DNA from: a virus
Lineage: Duplodnaviria; Caudoviricetes
Reading direction: 5' to 3' (one strand)
DNA length: 64,000 nt
IMG/VR virus record: IMGVR_UViG_3300037418_001409
Span: 5,079-69,078 of that record
The position numbers and the translations under genes were made by a program. The notes beneath the pieces were generated by a model. The model was not told the DNA's origin and did not search any database. It saw only the letters and a list, made by a program, of their open reading frames with translations. The first letter of the stretch is position 1, and every line of letters starts with the position of its first letter. Below, piece by piece: positions 8,520 through 17,621 of the stretch.

Positions 8520-9314
8520 ATGAACGTTCGCGACCACTTTGAAGCTGCATGGCGCAAGGAATACCCGCTTCACAGCGCAACGGCTTTTAAGCGCAGCGGG
8601 TTCAACCCCGACGCATATGCAAACACGCGAGTTCAAGACGGTTGGCTCATGTGGCAAGCCGCCCGCCAGTCTGCCGGTGCTGATGAAGCGACGTTACGCG
8701 TGCTGCCCAGCCATGCCATCCGCAAGCACGAAGGCGTGACGATCTTCGGCGATCCGGCGCAGGTACTTAAAGTAATGGCGGCGATTGAGTCTGTCGGTGC
8801 GACAGGGCAGGAGGCGATGACACTTGGTTGTGGTGATCCGGAATGGCAAAAACGCCATTTGGGCGATCCGTTGCTGCGCGCAATCGTGGAGCGAGATAGC
8901 TGGCGTAGTGCCGTGACAGGCTTATGCACGATCTGGCCGAAGACCCCGGACGAGGCCGCTACCCACTTGCGCGCCAGATTGCACCCTGATCGCGCCGCCC
9001 CCATCGGCGATAACGGGGCGAAGGCGAAGCAGAAAGTCGTTGGCTACTGCAAGCAGGGTGAAAACTGCGTGTGCGGCGGTGATTTGCCGCAAGTGCGTGC
9101 AGGCTGCTGTGAATGGGTTTCGCAGCCAGCCGAGAGCAAGCGGGGGGAGTTGACGGACGAATACCGAAGCCTGCTCGCCAAGCTTGCGAACGGACTTGAG
9201 CTTGCGATCAAGCTTGCTGCTGAACGTATCTGCATTTCAGACGAGCTGGTTGCGAAGGATTGGATAAGGGATGCTCGGGCCCTGCTAGCCCGCGCGTCGG
9301 CTAAGGGGGAATGA
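8520..9314 (+). CDS. Mosaic hypothetical phage protein
   Basis: Long ORF with an RBS and coupled ends. Confidence 0.65.
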   Translation: MNVRDHFEAAWRKEYPLHSATAFKRSGFNPDAYANTRVQDGWLMWQAARQSAGADEATLRVLPSHAIRKHEGVTIFGDPAQVLKVMAAIESVGATGQEAMTLGCGDPEWQKRHLGDPLLRAIVERDSWRSAVTGLCTIWPKTPDEAATHLRARLHPDRAAPIGDNGAKAKQKVVGYCKQGENCVCGGDLPQVRAGCCEWVSQPAESKRGELTDEYRSLLAKLANGLELAIKLAAERICISDELVAKDWIRDARALLARASAKGE

Positions 9315-9583
9315 TGGCACTTTCAGACTACCGACTATGCGATGTATGCGATAGAAAGGCCTTCTACGACGCCGATCTTTCCTATGAGTTTGAGCCCAGC
9401 GAATATCGCGATACGCCGCCTTTTCGCATCGCTGGAGCCGAGCAGAACTCCGACCCGGAAATGAATCACAAGTATGGGGCTCGTCTGGGCTATCTCGGCG
9501 ATTGGGCGGTCATCTGCGAGGATTGCGCGAAGACCCACAGGACGCAAATCGTGAAAATCGAAGCCTCGAAGGAGCAATCATGA
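9311..9583 (+). CDS. Small zinc-finger-like hypothetical protein
   Basis: CDVC...CEDC; coupled to its neighbours. Confidence 0.65.
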   Translation: MMALSDYRLCDVCDRKAFYDADLSYEFEPSEYRDTPPFRIAGAEQNSDPEMNHKYGARLGYLGDWAVICEDCAKTHRTQIVKIEASKEQS

Positions 9584-10005
9584 CCGCCGATATAGACGAC
9601 CTGATCCATCGACTTCGCGACGTTGCCACGTCATACCATCCGGCCTGCGACGAAGCCGCCGACGCCCTGCGATCCCAAGCTAATCGCCTGCAAAAGATGG
9701 CACTGCAAGCCATTTCCGATGAAGCCAACAGGGAGCGATTGGTTGAGCGCATCACCGACCAAGCCGAGCGCATCCAAGCGCTAGAGGCTAAGTGCGCGGA
9801 GTTGCAGAGGCTAGAGGGGCGATGGAAGTACATGGAAGACCGATTCATTGGCGCGGACTTCGAGTGGGGACATGCCGAAGATGGTCAAGGAGGGGTGCCA
9901 GTTCTTCTCATTCAGATTGATGAAGATTTGAAGGTATGGGGCGATCTTGCATTGACGGTTGATGCCGCTATCGCCGCTCAGGCCGGATCGAAGGAAGGGA
10001 AATGA
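9580..10005 (+). CDS. Hypothetical coiled-coil (Ead/Ea22-like) protein
   Basis: ATGA overlap at 9580 with an AAGGAG RBS. Confidence 0.6.
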   Translation: MTADIDDLIHRLRDVATSYHPACDEAADALRSQANRLQKMALQAISDEANRERLVERITDQAERIQALEAKCAELQRLEGRWKYMEDRFIGADFEWGHAEDGQGGVPVLLIQIDEDLKVWGDLALTVDAAIAAQAGSKEGK

Positions 10006-10343
10006 CGCCCCTAAAATTCCCGCACGCATCGCCAGATCAAGTGCTAGAGCGCATGTCGGCCGACAAACTCTACACCTCTCCCGACCTCGCGAAATCATTC
10101 AAGGTGCCGAAGCAGTACATGCAAGACCTCTTGGCGCGCATGGTGCGAGCAGGAGATGTCGAGCGCATTCGCAATGATGACCGTACGTTCGCATATTCGA
10201 AAGTCATCAAGCGCACGCCGATCGACTTAAACACGACCATCGCTGGAGCGCCATATCCACCCGACCTGAAATCCACGATGCGTGGTTACGACTCTCAGTT
10301 TCGAACGAGGATGCAGTTGGCTATGATGGGGAGGGGAAGGTGA
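10002..10343 (+). CDS. Hypothetical protein, possible winged HTH
   Basis: YTSPDLAKSFKVPKQYMQDLLARMVRAGDVER. Confidence 0.55.
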   Translation: MTPLKFPHASPDQVLERMSADKLYTSPDLAKSFKVPKQYMQDLLARMVRAGDVERIRNDDRTFAYSKVIKRTPIDLNTTIAGAPYPPDLKSTMRGYDSQFRTRMQLAMMGRGR

Positions 10344-11041
10344 AGGAGAGGCCGATACTCTTTTCGTCGCCGATGGTGAGAGCGATCCTCGACGGCCGAA
10401 AGACGCAGACGCGGCGCGTCGTGCGCCGCGCCGCATTGGAATGGCTACAGCCCGGCATGTTCACGCCCGAATTCGTCTCTAAGCCTGAGAATGGTCTGAG
10501 CCCATTCGGCTGTACTGGAGATCATCTGTGGGTGCGGGAGACATGGACATGGATAGGTGGCCTGATCGACGGCAAGCACCCACCGGGAGGCGAACTGGTT
10601 TATGACGAACTCTACGTCACATATACCGCTGACGGAGAGAAGCGCGCCATAAAACCAGGCGGATACGTAAAGACGCCCGAGCAACCACCGCAACGAGAGG
10701 GCGAAGTCTATAGTTTGCGCGATGCCCCGGATTCTTTCGAGTATGACGGCGAGAACACCTATAGCGATCGGCTTTCGCGATGGTGGAGGCGCAAAATTCC
10801 TGCGATTCATATGTTTCGCTGGGCATCTCGTATCACGCTCGAAATTACCGACGTGCGAATTGAGCGTTTGAACGACATCACCGATGCCGACGCCGAGGCG
10901 GAAGGCTGGCCCGGTTTCACGGACGATAACGGGCTTGACTCCATGGCTTGGTATTCTGAACTGTGGGAGAGCATCAACGGAGCCGGATCATGGAATGCCA
11001 ATCCGTTTGTTTGGGTTCTGGGCTTCAGGAGGATTTCATGA
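10340..11041 (+). CDS. ASCH/PUA-like domain phage protein
   Basis: ERPILFSSPMVRAILDGRKTQTRR...LWVRETW...HMFRWASRITLEITDVRIERL...NPFVWV. Confidence 0.75.
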   Translation: MKERPILFSSPMVRAILDGRKTQTRRVVRRAALEWLQPGMFTPEFVSKPENGLSPFGCTGDHLWVRETWTWIGGLIDGKHPPGGELVYDELYVTYTADGEKRAIKPGGYVKTPEQPPQREGEVYSLRDAPDSFEYDGENTYSDRLSRWWRRKIPAIHMFRWASRITLEITDVRIERLNDITDADAEAEGWPGFTDDNGLDSMAWYSELWESINGAGSWNANPFVWVLGFRRIS

Positions 11042-11334
11042 CCGACTACGCAGCGCTTGAGCAAGATCACTTTGGCGATCCCGATAAGCGCACAGGCATC
11101 TATGCCCCGAAACGCGCCGTCCAATTCCGCATCGAGATCGGCGCAGACAACATGGAGGCACTTGCAACCGCGTTGATGAATCTTTCCCTGCTCGCGGACC
11201 GATCACAGCTTTCGTCGCACTCGGTTAGCGGTGGATACGACTCGGGATACGAACATTGGTTGACAGTCTCGGAAGGGCCGACGCACGAGGAATATGTGCG
11301 GCAGCTAAACGATTGGCTGGAGGCGAGGAAATGA
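11038..11334 (+). CDS. Hypothetical protein
   Basis: ATGA-coupled ORF (MTDYAALEQDHFG). Confidence 0.55.
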   Translation: MTDYAALEQDHFGDPDKRTGIYAPKRAVQFRIEIGADNMEALATALMNLSLLADRSQLSSHSVSGGYDSGYEHWLTVSEGPTHEEYVRQLNDWLEARK

Positions 11335-11498
11335 CGTTCATCATTGGAGACCGTTGCTCGCACGGGAAATTGTGGGCTGAGGCTTGCCCGGAATGCGAGC
11401 TCGTTAGCGCCAAGCAGATCGTCGAGCATTGGGGCAAAGCGGTCGACGAGGCTAGGGCGACTATTGCGGCGGCTGAGCAAAAGGAGAAGGTGTCATGA
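11331..11498 (+). CDS. Small hypothetical protein
   Basis: ATGA-coupled ORF (MTFIIGDRCSHG). Confidence 0.5.
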   Translation: MTFIIGDRCSHGKLWAEACPECELVSAKQIVEHWGKAVDEARATIAAAEQKEKVS

Positions 11499-11851
11499 GC
11501 GACCGAGAATTGCTCGAGCGAGCCGCAAAGGCGTATGGCTTCAAAGAACCGACCTTCGAGGACGGCGCATGGCTCGAATTGCGCTACGGGTTGACGGTGG
11601 CGATTTGGGACAAGGCCGAAGATGGAGGGGAGGGGTACTGGAATCCGTTGGAAAGCGACGGGCAGGCCATCCGATTGAGCAATCGACTTGGGCTATTGAT
11701 TAGCGCGCACGTCGATGAGGCTTGGGCGCAGTTCTATCGTCTGGATACTGGATGGTCGACGTTCAAAGAACCCTGCGGTGAAGAAAAGAACGCAGCGATG
11801 CGCCGCGTGATTGTGCGGGCCGCGGCAGAGATAGGGAGATCGATGGGATGA
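11495..11851 (+). CDS. Hypothetical phage protein (NinX-like motifs)
   Basis: MSDRELLERAAKA...WNPLESDGQA...MRRVIVRAAAEIG. Confidence 0.6.
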   Translation: MSDRELLERAAKAYGFKEPTFEDGAWLELRYGLTVAIWDKAEDGGEGYWNPLESDGQAIRLSNRLGLLISAHVDEAWAQFYRLDTGWSTFKEPCGEEKNAAMRRVIVRAAAEIGRSMG

Positions 11852-12300
11852 AAGTATCCGAACTGAGCGGCGCGCTGCTCGACTATTGGGTCGCTCGGGC
11901 CGAGATCGAGCAAGGCATCGGGCAGACGACTGGTTGCCAGATTCGTGCGCTCGACGAAGGGCGCTGGGTTCTGTTCGACTCCGACGACGGCGGGGCCGTC
12001 ATGATTATCTGCAAAGGCTTCAAAGCACTGCTTCAAACACGCAAGGAACTGAACGCAGACCGCTTCGTTGAGCGCTATTCGCCGTCTGAAATGTGGGCGC
12101 ACGCTGGGCCGATCATCGAGCGCGAGCGGATCACGGTTGCTTGGCAGCCGATGAAGGGAGAGTGGATGGCCGGCCTCATCGAAACTGAGTACGGATCGAT
12201 GCTCGAATTCAGATGGCTCGGGTTCAATGAATCCCCGCTCGTCGCCGCGATGCGCGCCTACGTCTCCAGCAAGTTTGGCGATGAAGTCACCGAAGCCTGA
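11848..12300 (+). CDS. DUF2591/NinX-family protein
   Basis: LSGALLDYWVARAE...YSPS..WAHAGPIIERERI...PLVAAMRAYV. Confidence 0.75.
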   Translation: MKVSELSGALLDYWVARAEIEQGIGQTTGCQIRALDEGRWVLFDSDDGGAVMIICKGFKALLQTRKELNADRFVERYSPSEMWAHAGPIIERERITVAWQPMKGEWMAGLIETEYGSMLEFRWLGFNESPLVAAMRAYVSSKFGDEVTEA

Positions 12301-12550
12301 TCCTCACGAATGCGAAGCCAGGATCAAAGTCGCCCAGCTTGCCGATTCCCTTCGCCGCGATGCGGAGAAAGCCCCACCTGCTTCTGCCGAAAGGCTGATC
12401 GAAGCCGCAGCAACGATCGAAGGGCACCTCGAAGCGTTCGCCGTAATCGTGCGCGATAACCATGGGCTTAAGGACGAGTTGAGACGTTTCCAAATCCTGC
12501 TCCGCGGCGCCTACGACATTATCGCGGACTACGCGCAAGGCAAGTGTTAG
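12281..12550 (+). CDS. Hypothetical coiled-coil protein
   Basis: ATG at 12281 overlaps the end of the upstream gene. Confidence 0.5.
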   Translation: MKSPKPDPHECEARIKVAQLADSLRRDAEKAPPASAERLIEAAATIEGHLEAFAVIVRDNHGLKDELRRFQILLRGAYDIIADYAQGKC

Positions 12551-12626
12551 ACCCTGCGACACCCCGTCTACCAAATCTTGCCGCCGCCGCGCGGCCAACG
12601 CCAATTATTTTTTACGGAGTGTAATA

Positions 12627-12857
12627 ATGAGCGACTATCTTTCCGCTCAGGAATTGGCAGAGCTTGTCGGCTGCAAGCCGAATCAAAGGGCCGCAATGAC
12701 CCATTGGTTGACCGATAACCACTGGCGCTTTGTGCTCGACAAGAATGGACTTCCCAAAGTGGCCCGCGCCTACCGCGATCGCAAACTTGGGTTGGTAAAT
12801 GAGACCTCAACGAACTCAAAATTCGATGCAGCGCCGAACCTACAAGCCTTTGCCTGA
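12627..12857 (+). CDS. DUF4224-family excisionase-like protein
   Basis: YLSAQELAELVGCK..QRAAM..WL....G.PKVAR.Y; overlaps the integrase start. Confidence 0.75.
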   Translation: MSDYLSAQELAELVGCKPNQRAAMTHWLTDNHWRFVLDKNGLPKVARAYRDRKLGLVNETSTNSKFDAAPNLQAFA

Positions 12858-14019
12858 GGCCACCAACGAAGGAACCGGCATCGACCGTCTTTACAAGAGA
12901 ACGGGCAAGCGAAAGGTGTCGTTCTGGTACAAATACCCGGACGGCCGCACCGAGACACTAACGACCGCTCCGAAGGGCGATCGCTCTGCGGCTGCCGAGG
13001 CTGAACGATCAGCCAAACGCAAGGCGCTTGACATTCAAGCGGGCCAGATAATAGCCGGATCCGTTGCGGATGCGATCGATCGATTCAGAACGGATGTTGA
13101 TCCGACACATTTCCGCGACCAATCCCGAGACGGCAAGTACGTGCGGAATTCCGCTTACGAGCGCCTGACCAAGTTTTTCGGGCGCATGGCACCAATGAAG
13201 CTCGAAACGCATCATGGATACCTGTATCTCGACGCGCGCGCGAAGGCTGGCGCGCCGATCGGGGCGAACAAGGATCTCGCGCTGATGCAGACCATGTGCA
13301 ATTACTTGATCAAATGGGGGATCATCAAGACAAACCCATTTTTCGGAATGATGTTGAACACCAAGGACAGGGATGTGCGTGTCATCGAGCGCGCGCATGT
13401 CGTGCGCTTTTATCTTTGGGCGCTTCGACAGCAGCAATCGTATCGGACGATGGGCCTAGCGGCGATGTTCTGTTACCTGACGGGATTTCGGGCTGCGGAG
13501 GTGCGACCGTTCCACATGACTGGCATCTCAGATGCTGGTGTGAGAGTTGTCAGCGCGAAGCGAAAGAGGGGCGAGGACGAGACGCAAAAGCTTCGGCTCT
13601 GGTCGACGAGGCTCCGCGTTGTGGTTGAGAGGGCGAAGCGGGATCGGTCGGTAGACAGCGTTTTCCTGTTCCCGAACCGCAAAGGACAGCCGTATTCGAA
13701 AAGCGGCTGGGCGTCGGTATGGCAAGATGCCATGTACACATACATCGGTACGAGCGATGCGGCCATCGCCAAGGAATTTGATCTCAAGAAAGAACGCGAG
13801 GCGGCCAAGCGGCGCGGACGGGAAGTGGCCAATGTAAAACTGACGCTGACGGATCATCCCAAATATTTTTCGATGAGCGACATCCGGCCCGCCGCGATCA
13901 CGACGAAACTGGAAAATCGCGCCGCGGACGCCTACGATTTCGCAGCGCACGTGAACCCGAGCACAACGCACAAACATTACGATCGGCGCCGCATCAAGAG
14001 GGCCAGCGCCACGGAATAG
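12799..14019 (+). CDS. int: Tyrosine integrase (alternative start at 12826)
   Basis: LTGFRAAEV, SDIR, AAHVNPSTTHKHYD catalytic region; adjacent to attP. Confidence 0.9.
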   Translation: MRPQRTQNSMQRRTYKPLPEATNEGTGIDRLYKRTGKRKVSFWYKYPDGRTETLTTAPKGDRSAAAEAERSAKRKALDIQAGQIIAGSVADAIDRFRTDVDPTHFRDQSRDGKYVRNSAYERLTKFFGRMAPMKLETHHGYLYLDARAKAGAPIGANKDLALMQTMCNYLIKWGIIKTNPFFGMMLNTKDRDVRVIERAHVVRFYLWALRQQQSYRTMGLAAMFCYLTGFRAAEVRPFHMTGISDAGVRVVSAKRKRGEDETQKLRLWSTRLRVVVERAKRDRSVDSVFLFPNRKGQPYSKSGWASVWQDAMYTYIGTSDAAIAKEFDLKKEREAAKRRGREVANVKLTLTDHPKYFSMSDIRPAAITTKLENRAADAYDFAAHVNPSTTHKHYDRRRIKRASATE

Positions 14020-14028
14020 GATGGGAAA

Positions 14029-14277
14029 ATTTCGGAACGGATGCCCGGAGAGTCCCATGAAACCGTATGCGCATACCCTTGTTTCGTTCCGAAATTATTT
14101 CCGTACTGCGATGTTTTTAAAAGAAAAAGTGCCGTTTGACTCCAGGATTGTGATTCCTGTTGTCGTGGGTTCGAGTCCCATCAGCCACCCCAAATTCCTT
14201 AGCAATTTCAATCATTTGCGTCACCGATCGAATTTCACGTAGCGAAATTTGGAACGCAGGAAGAGATTTCGGAACGG
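14029..14277. promoter_or_regulatory. attP region with integrase arm-type repeats flanking the core
   Basis: ATTTCGGAACG at 14029 and 14266, its reverse complement at 14085-14095, and the variant AATTTGGAACG near 14246. Confidence 0.75.
14141..14192 (+). other. attP core = 3' 52 nt of tRNA-His(GTG)
   Basis: CAGGA-TTGTGAT-TCCTG anticodon arm, GGTTCGAGTCC T-arm and CAGCCACCCCA end. The 5' acceptor strand and D-arm are absent. Confidence 0.9.
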
Positions 14278-14502
14278 TGCGCCTTATTCAATCTTCAGAC
14301 TCCCCGTATTTTTCTCGTTGAATTCGGTGCCGGACGGCCGTATAGCGCTTTGTGATCTGCGATATATACTGTTTTTCCATACAGTATTTCGCCATGTCCC
14401 AAAATCTTAAAAATCCTTACGGAACCTCTAGGCCTTGCCGCGATTGCGAGCATTGGGGCGGATGATGGATCGCGGTCCAACTCTCTAGACCCATAAAAGT
14501 AT

Positions 14503-14530
14503 TTGACATTAGCCCCTTTGGTGCTAATAT
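14503..14530 (+). promoter_or_regulatory. Sigma70-like promoter overlapped by a palindrome
   Basis: TTGACA-N16-TAATAT; ATTAGC-N9-GCTAAT at 14508-14528. Confidence 0.65.
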
Positions 14531-14582
14531 ACCTCTCAGAGGTAGCGCACCCCGCGCAGCCCGCACCCGAAAGGACGATGCA

Positions 14583-14738
14583 ATGGAAAAGACCTTGGAC
14601 ATCATCAAGACCGAAGCGGAAATCGCCAAGCTGATGGCTGAGACGGCGAAGATGAACCTTGAGATGCGCTGGATGCCCTTTGTATGGGCGAGCGCGCTGA
14701 TGGGCGCGGCGCTGGCTGTAGCGAAGTTTCTCGGATAA
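14583..14738 (+). CDS. 51-aa protein with a C-terminal transmembrane helix (not in the ORF track)
   Basis: MEKTLDIIKTEAEIAKLMAETAKMNLEMRWMPFVWASALMGAALAVAKFLG; AAGGA RBS. Confidence 0.7.
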   Translation: MEKTLDIIKTEAEIAKLMAETAKMNLEMRWMPFVWASALMGAALAVAKFLG

Positions 14739-14746
14739 CTCCAGGG

Positions 14747-14767
14747 GCCGCCGAAAGGCGGCTTTTT
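14747..14767 (+). terminator. Rho-independent terminator
   Basis: GCCGCC-GAAA-GGCGGC-TTTTT. Confidence 0.8.
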
Positions 14768-14770
14768 CAT

Positions 14771-15028
14771 ATGCGATACACCCCGCCAAAGCCGGAAGAT
14801 TTCCAGCGGCTAAAAATGGAACTGGGACTCACGGGCGAGCAGATGGCCGAGATTTTCGGCGTGGCCGGTGGCCAGCAGTGGCGCAAGTACACTGGCGGGG
14901 TCACACCACGCGAAATGAGTCCTCAAATGCTCTTTTTTGGCGCAGCGCGACTCGTTTTGAATAACGCGGAGATTGAGCGGGTGCTCGTAAAAATTCGGGA
15001 AATCGGGGCGGATATAGAGTTTGATTGA
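14771..15028 (+). CDS. XRE-family HTH regulator
   Basis: LGLTGEQMAEIFGVAGGQQWRKYTGG helix-turn-helix. Confidence 0.75.
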   Translation: MRYTPPKPEDFQRLKMELGLTGEQMAEIFGVAGGQQWRKYTGGVTPREMSPQMLFFGAARLVLNNAEIERVLVKIREIGADIEFD

Positions 15029-15057
15029 CGCGCTGCCGAGGCAGGCTAGGAGGAAGG

Positions 15058-15351
15058 ATGGACGAACTGACGATAGCGCAGATTATCGACGGCTTTCGCA
15101 TGATGCCCGTGCCGCTCGATGAACGCGCTGCCGCGCTGGCTGCATATCTCTCACGCGAGCCTCACACAATGGCCGCAGTGGAACGCCTGGACGGAAGCAC
15201 GGCATACATCATCCAACAGGCCATCCTCGAAGATTTCGAAACGTGGCGCCTGAATGGCTACGTGGGCGATGCGTACCGGACGACGAGGCTACGATTCCGA
15301 ATCGACATGGACCCGACTGTTCCGCTTGATCTGGTGTGGGAGAAAGTTTAA
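15058..15351 (+). CDS. Hypothetical protein
   Basis: AGGAAGG RBS before ATG 15058. Confidence 0.55.
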   Translation: MDELTIAQIIDGFRMMPVPLDERAAALAAYLSREPHTMAAVERLDGSTAYIIQQAILEDFETWRLNGYVGDAYRTTRLRFRIDMDPTVPLDLVWEKV

Positions 15352-15683
15352 GACGCGCCGCAGAACGCGGGCGATTGATGTGCGCGAGAGCGCTGGAGGC
15401 GGGATGGTTCGGTTCTTTACTGTGGGGCTAATGTTGCTGGGGTTTGTGATTTTGCCGTGGGTTAAGATTTGGATCTATGCGTCACGACGGCGGGGAAGGA
15501 GGAATGATGGGGCTTGACCCGCGATCCATCGAAGATATTAAGTGGGAAATTTGGGCTTCGATGTATTTTGGTGGAACTGGGCGATGGCCAACTAAGCCAG
15601 AGAAAACTATCCCAACAAACGATACAAAGCCTCGCGAGAACCACGTCCGCAATGCGGTGCGGGCGAATTTGTAGGGAGGAAGC

Positions 15684-16019
15684 GTGACATCGAAAAGCAG
15701 CGAATTCCCGTCAAAGTTGCTGGCACATATGATGGACAGCATGAAGGCCGAGGATCGTCCCAAGGTGGATCATTGGGCCGAAATACAAGAATTGGCGCGC
15801 ATCGATCCCGCCTGTCGAAACGCCGTGCTCGCGGTTCAAGCTGGACGAATGTCGATTCAGGAGTCCGCCCTAGCACTTGCATTGATTCAGACCAAGCGAG
15901 CGATGGAACTGCGTGATGGAGCGGTCGAATTTCTTAGGCTTGCGCCAATGCCGCCTATCGTCATCCCAGCCGACCAATGGCGCGGTCAAGTTCTTGACGG
16001 AAAAACTGGGCCGGCCTGA
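15684..16019 (+). CDS. Hypothetical protein
   Basis: GGGAGG RBS before a GTG start; helical ORF. Confidence 0.5.
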   Translation: MTSKSSEFPSKLLAHMMDSMKAEDRPKVDHWAEIQELARIDPACRNAVLAVQAGRMSIQESALALALIQTKRAMELRDGAVEFLRLAPMPPIVIPADQWRGQVLDGKTGPA

Positions 16020-16634
16020 CTATGCCGGCACGCCGGAGTTGATGGTAACTGGTGCCAGCGCCGCAATGACGCGCCCAATCTGATGGTCGATGACATTGGG
16101 AATCGGCAGTGCCGGCTTACCAATCGGGATCAGTCGCGCCGCCGCATGTCGCCAGTCCGGCGGCAGCGTAGGGACAACATCAAGGCCGTTCCGAAAGAGG
16201 CGAACATAGACCCGGGCGAGCGCTATCCTGGCGCTCATATCCGGGCTAACTCGCGGCGGTTCGAACCCATAGACAATGGCAGGAGGATTGCCGGAGATCG
16301 TCATATCGAGCGCCGCCGCGATCGCGAGTGCCGCTCCCAGCGAGTGACCGACTAACGTGACAGGCTGCCCATTGACCGAAGCTAGTACGTCGGTCGAGAT
16401 CGCTTGCCACGCCCGCCAGAATCCCGCGTGAAATTTCCCCACGCCGGGAACATCGACGGTTTCGATGTCGAAATCTGTTTCCCAACTATCGACGTTATCC
16501 GAGCCACGGAAGGCAACGACGAGACCAGCTGTCGTTTGTCGCACGATCGCGCGCGAGGCGCTATCCGCTTTGCCGACGTCGGGCGCTGCGGTATAGGCCT
16601 CTTGCGCGAGCAGGGCGAAATCCTGGGCGTTCAT
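16020..16634 (-). CDS. Lipase class 3 (alpha/beta hydrolase)
   Basis: VAFRGS, FHAGF, GHSLG nucleophile elbow, DVVPTLP and a terminal DH. Confidence 0.88.
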   Translation of the reverse strand: MNAQDFALLAQEAYTAAPDVGKADSASRAIVRQTTAGLVVAFRGSDNVDSWETDFDIETVDVPGVGKFHAGFWRAWQAISTDVLASVNGQPVTLVGHSLGAALAIAAALDMTISGNPPAIVYGFEPPRVSPDMSARIALARVYVRLFRNGLDVVPTLPPDWRHAAARLIPIGKPALPIPNVIDHQIGRVIAALAPVTINSGVPA

Positions 16635-17095
16635 TGCACGCTCGACGCCGGGGCCACAACGGCCGGTTGCGATGCGTTGTACTGAGCGACAGCGGTATTG
16701 AGAGCCGTTTGCAGAGCAATCGCGCCGATGGCGATGAGCGTCTTGTTGTCCTGCGACAGCGACGAGCCATCGACGAGCTTTAGGCCAGCCGGGATCGCCG
16801 TGTTCGCGAACGCTTGAATGCTCGCAACACTCACCGTTTCGTGAGCCGCGCAGAAGGAGTTCGTGTATGTGTAGACCTGATCGACGACGGCGGCTTGATC
16901 CGCGGTCAAACCAGGCTCGAGTGCTTTGATCGATGTGAGCGATGGCTCAATCGAGGTGCATGCGATATTGACCTGCGAATGGATCGTCGCGAGCAGTTGG
17001 GCAGGCGTTTGGTTCGATTGACCGGTGGAGGCGCAACCAGCAAAGGCGACGGACGCGACAATGCCTGCCGCGAGCAGCATGAGTTTCGATTTCAT
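16631..17095 (-). CDS. Lipoprotein in the lysis module (possible spanin component)
   Basis: Signal peptide II with lipobox FAGC. Confidence 0.65.
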   Translation of the reverse strand: MKSKLMLLAAGIVASVAFAGCASTGQSNQTPAQLLATIHSQVNIACTSIEPSLTSIKALEPGLTADQAAVVDQVYTYTNSFCAAHETVSVASIQAFANTAIPAGLKLVDGSSLSQDNKTLIAIGAIALQTALNTAVAQYNASQPAVVAPASSVQ

Positions 17096-17121
17096 GGGGT
17101 TTGTCCTAAGTAAAATGTTGC

Positions 17122-17149
17122 TTGATTAAATGCAGCCAGTGGCTATAAT
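17122..17149 (+). promoter_or_regulatory. Sigma70-like promoter with an internal palindrome
   Basis: TTGATT-N16-TATAAT; AGCCAGTGGCT palindrome at 17134-17144. Confidence 0.6.
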
Positions 17150-17206
17150 TCAGCCATGGATTCGACGAATCCGACGCGCATCGGGAACAGGGGCTGGAGA
17201 AGAAAA

Positions 17207-17380
17207 ATGACAACGTTCAATGTCTACGCAAATTTGGCTGAATTCGGACTTATCGAAGCCGCCGATGCACAAGAAGCACGCGACAAGGCGGCGCAAATCG
17301 CTGGCTACAAGAGCGAATCGGACATGGAAGCGCAGCGTGGCGCGACGTCTGAAATCGTGGCCGAACAAGTCAATGTCTAA
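17207..17380 (+). CDS. 57-aa hypothetical protein
   Basis: GGAG RBS; coupled to the downstream HTH gene. Confidence 0.65.
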   Translation: MTTFNVYANLAEFGLIEAADAQEARDKAAQIAGYKSESDMEAQRGATSEIVAEQVNV

Positions 17381-17621
17381 CCATCCCCACCGGGGCCGGC
17401 GCGGCCCCTCGTCGAATCCATCACCGGATGCAATCCGAACCGCACGCCAAGCCGCAGGCCTATCACAGACCGACGCCGCTGCTCTCGTGTACACCACGCC
17501 GAGCGGATGGCAGCGCTGGGAGTATGGCGAGCGATCCATGCACCCGGGCCTGTGGGAGCTTTTCCGGATAAAGACCGAATCTCTACTTGAGGATCTTCGC
17601 GGTCGAAATGGCCGTGTTTGA
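17373..17621 (+). CDS. XRE-family HTH regulator
   Basis: IRTARQAAGLSQTDAAALVYTTPSGWQRWEYGER. Confidence 0.8.
   Translation: MSNHPHRGRRGPSSNPSPDAIRTARQAAGLSQTDAAALVYTTPSGWQRWEYGERSMHPGLWELFRIKTESLLEDLRGRNGRV

Noticed and set aside
14141-14192. Functional tRNA-His gene
   Set aside because: The 5' acceptor strand and D-arm are absent. It lies beside the integrase with arm repeats, so it is the att core.
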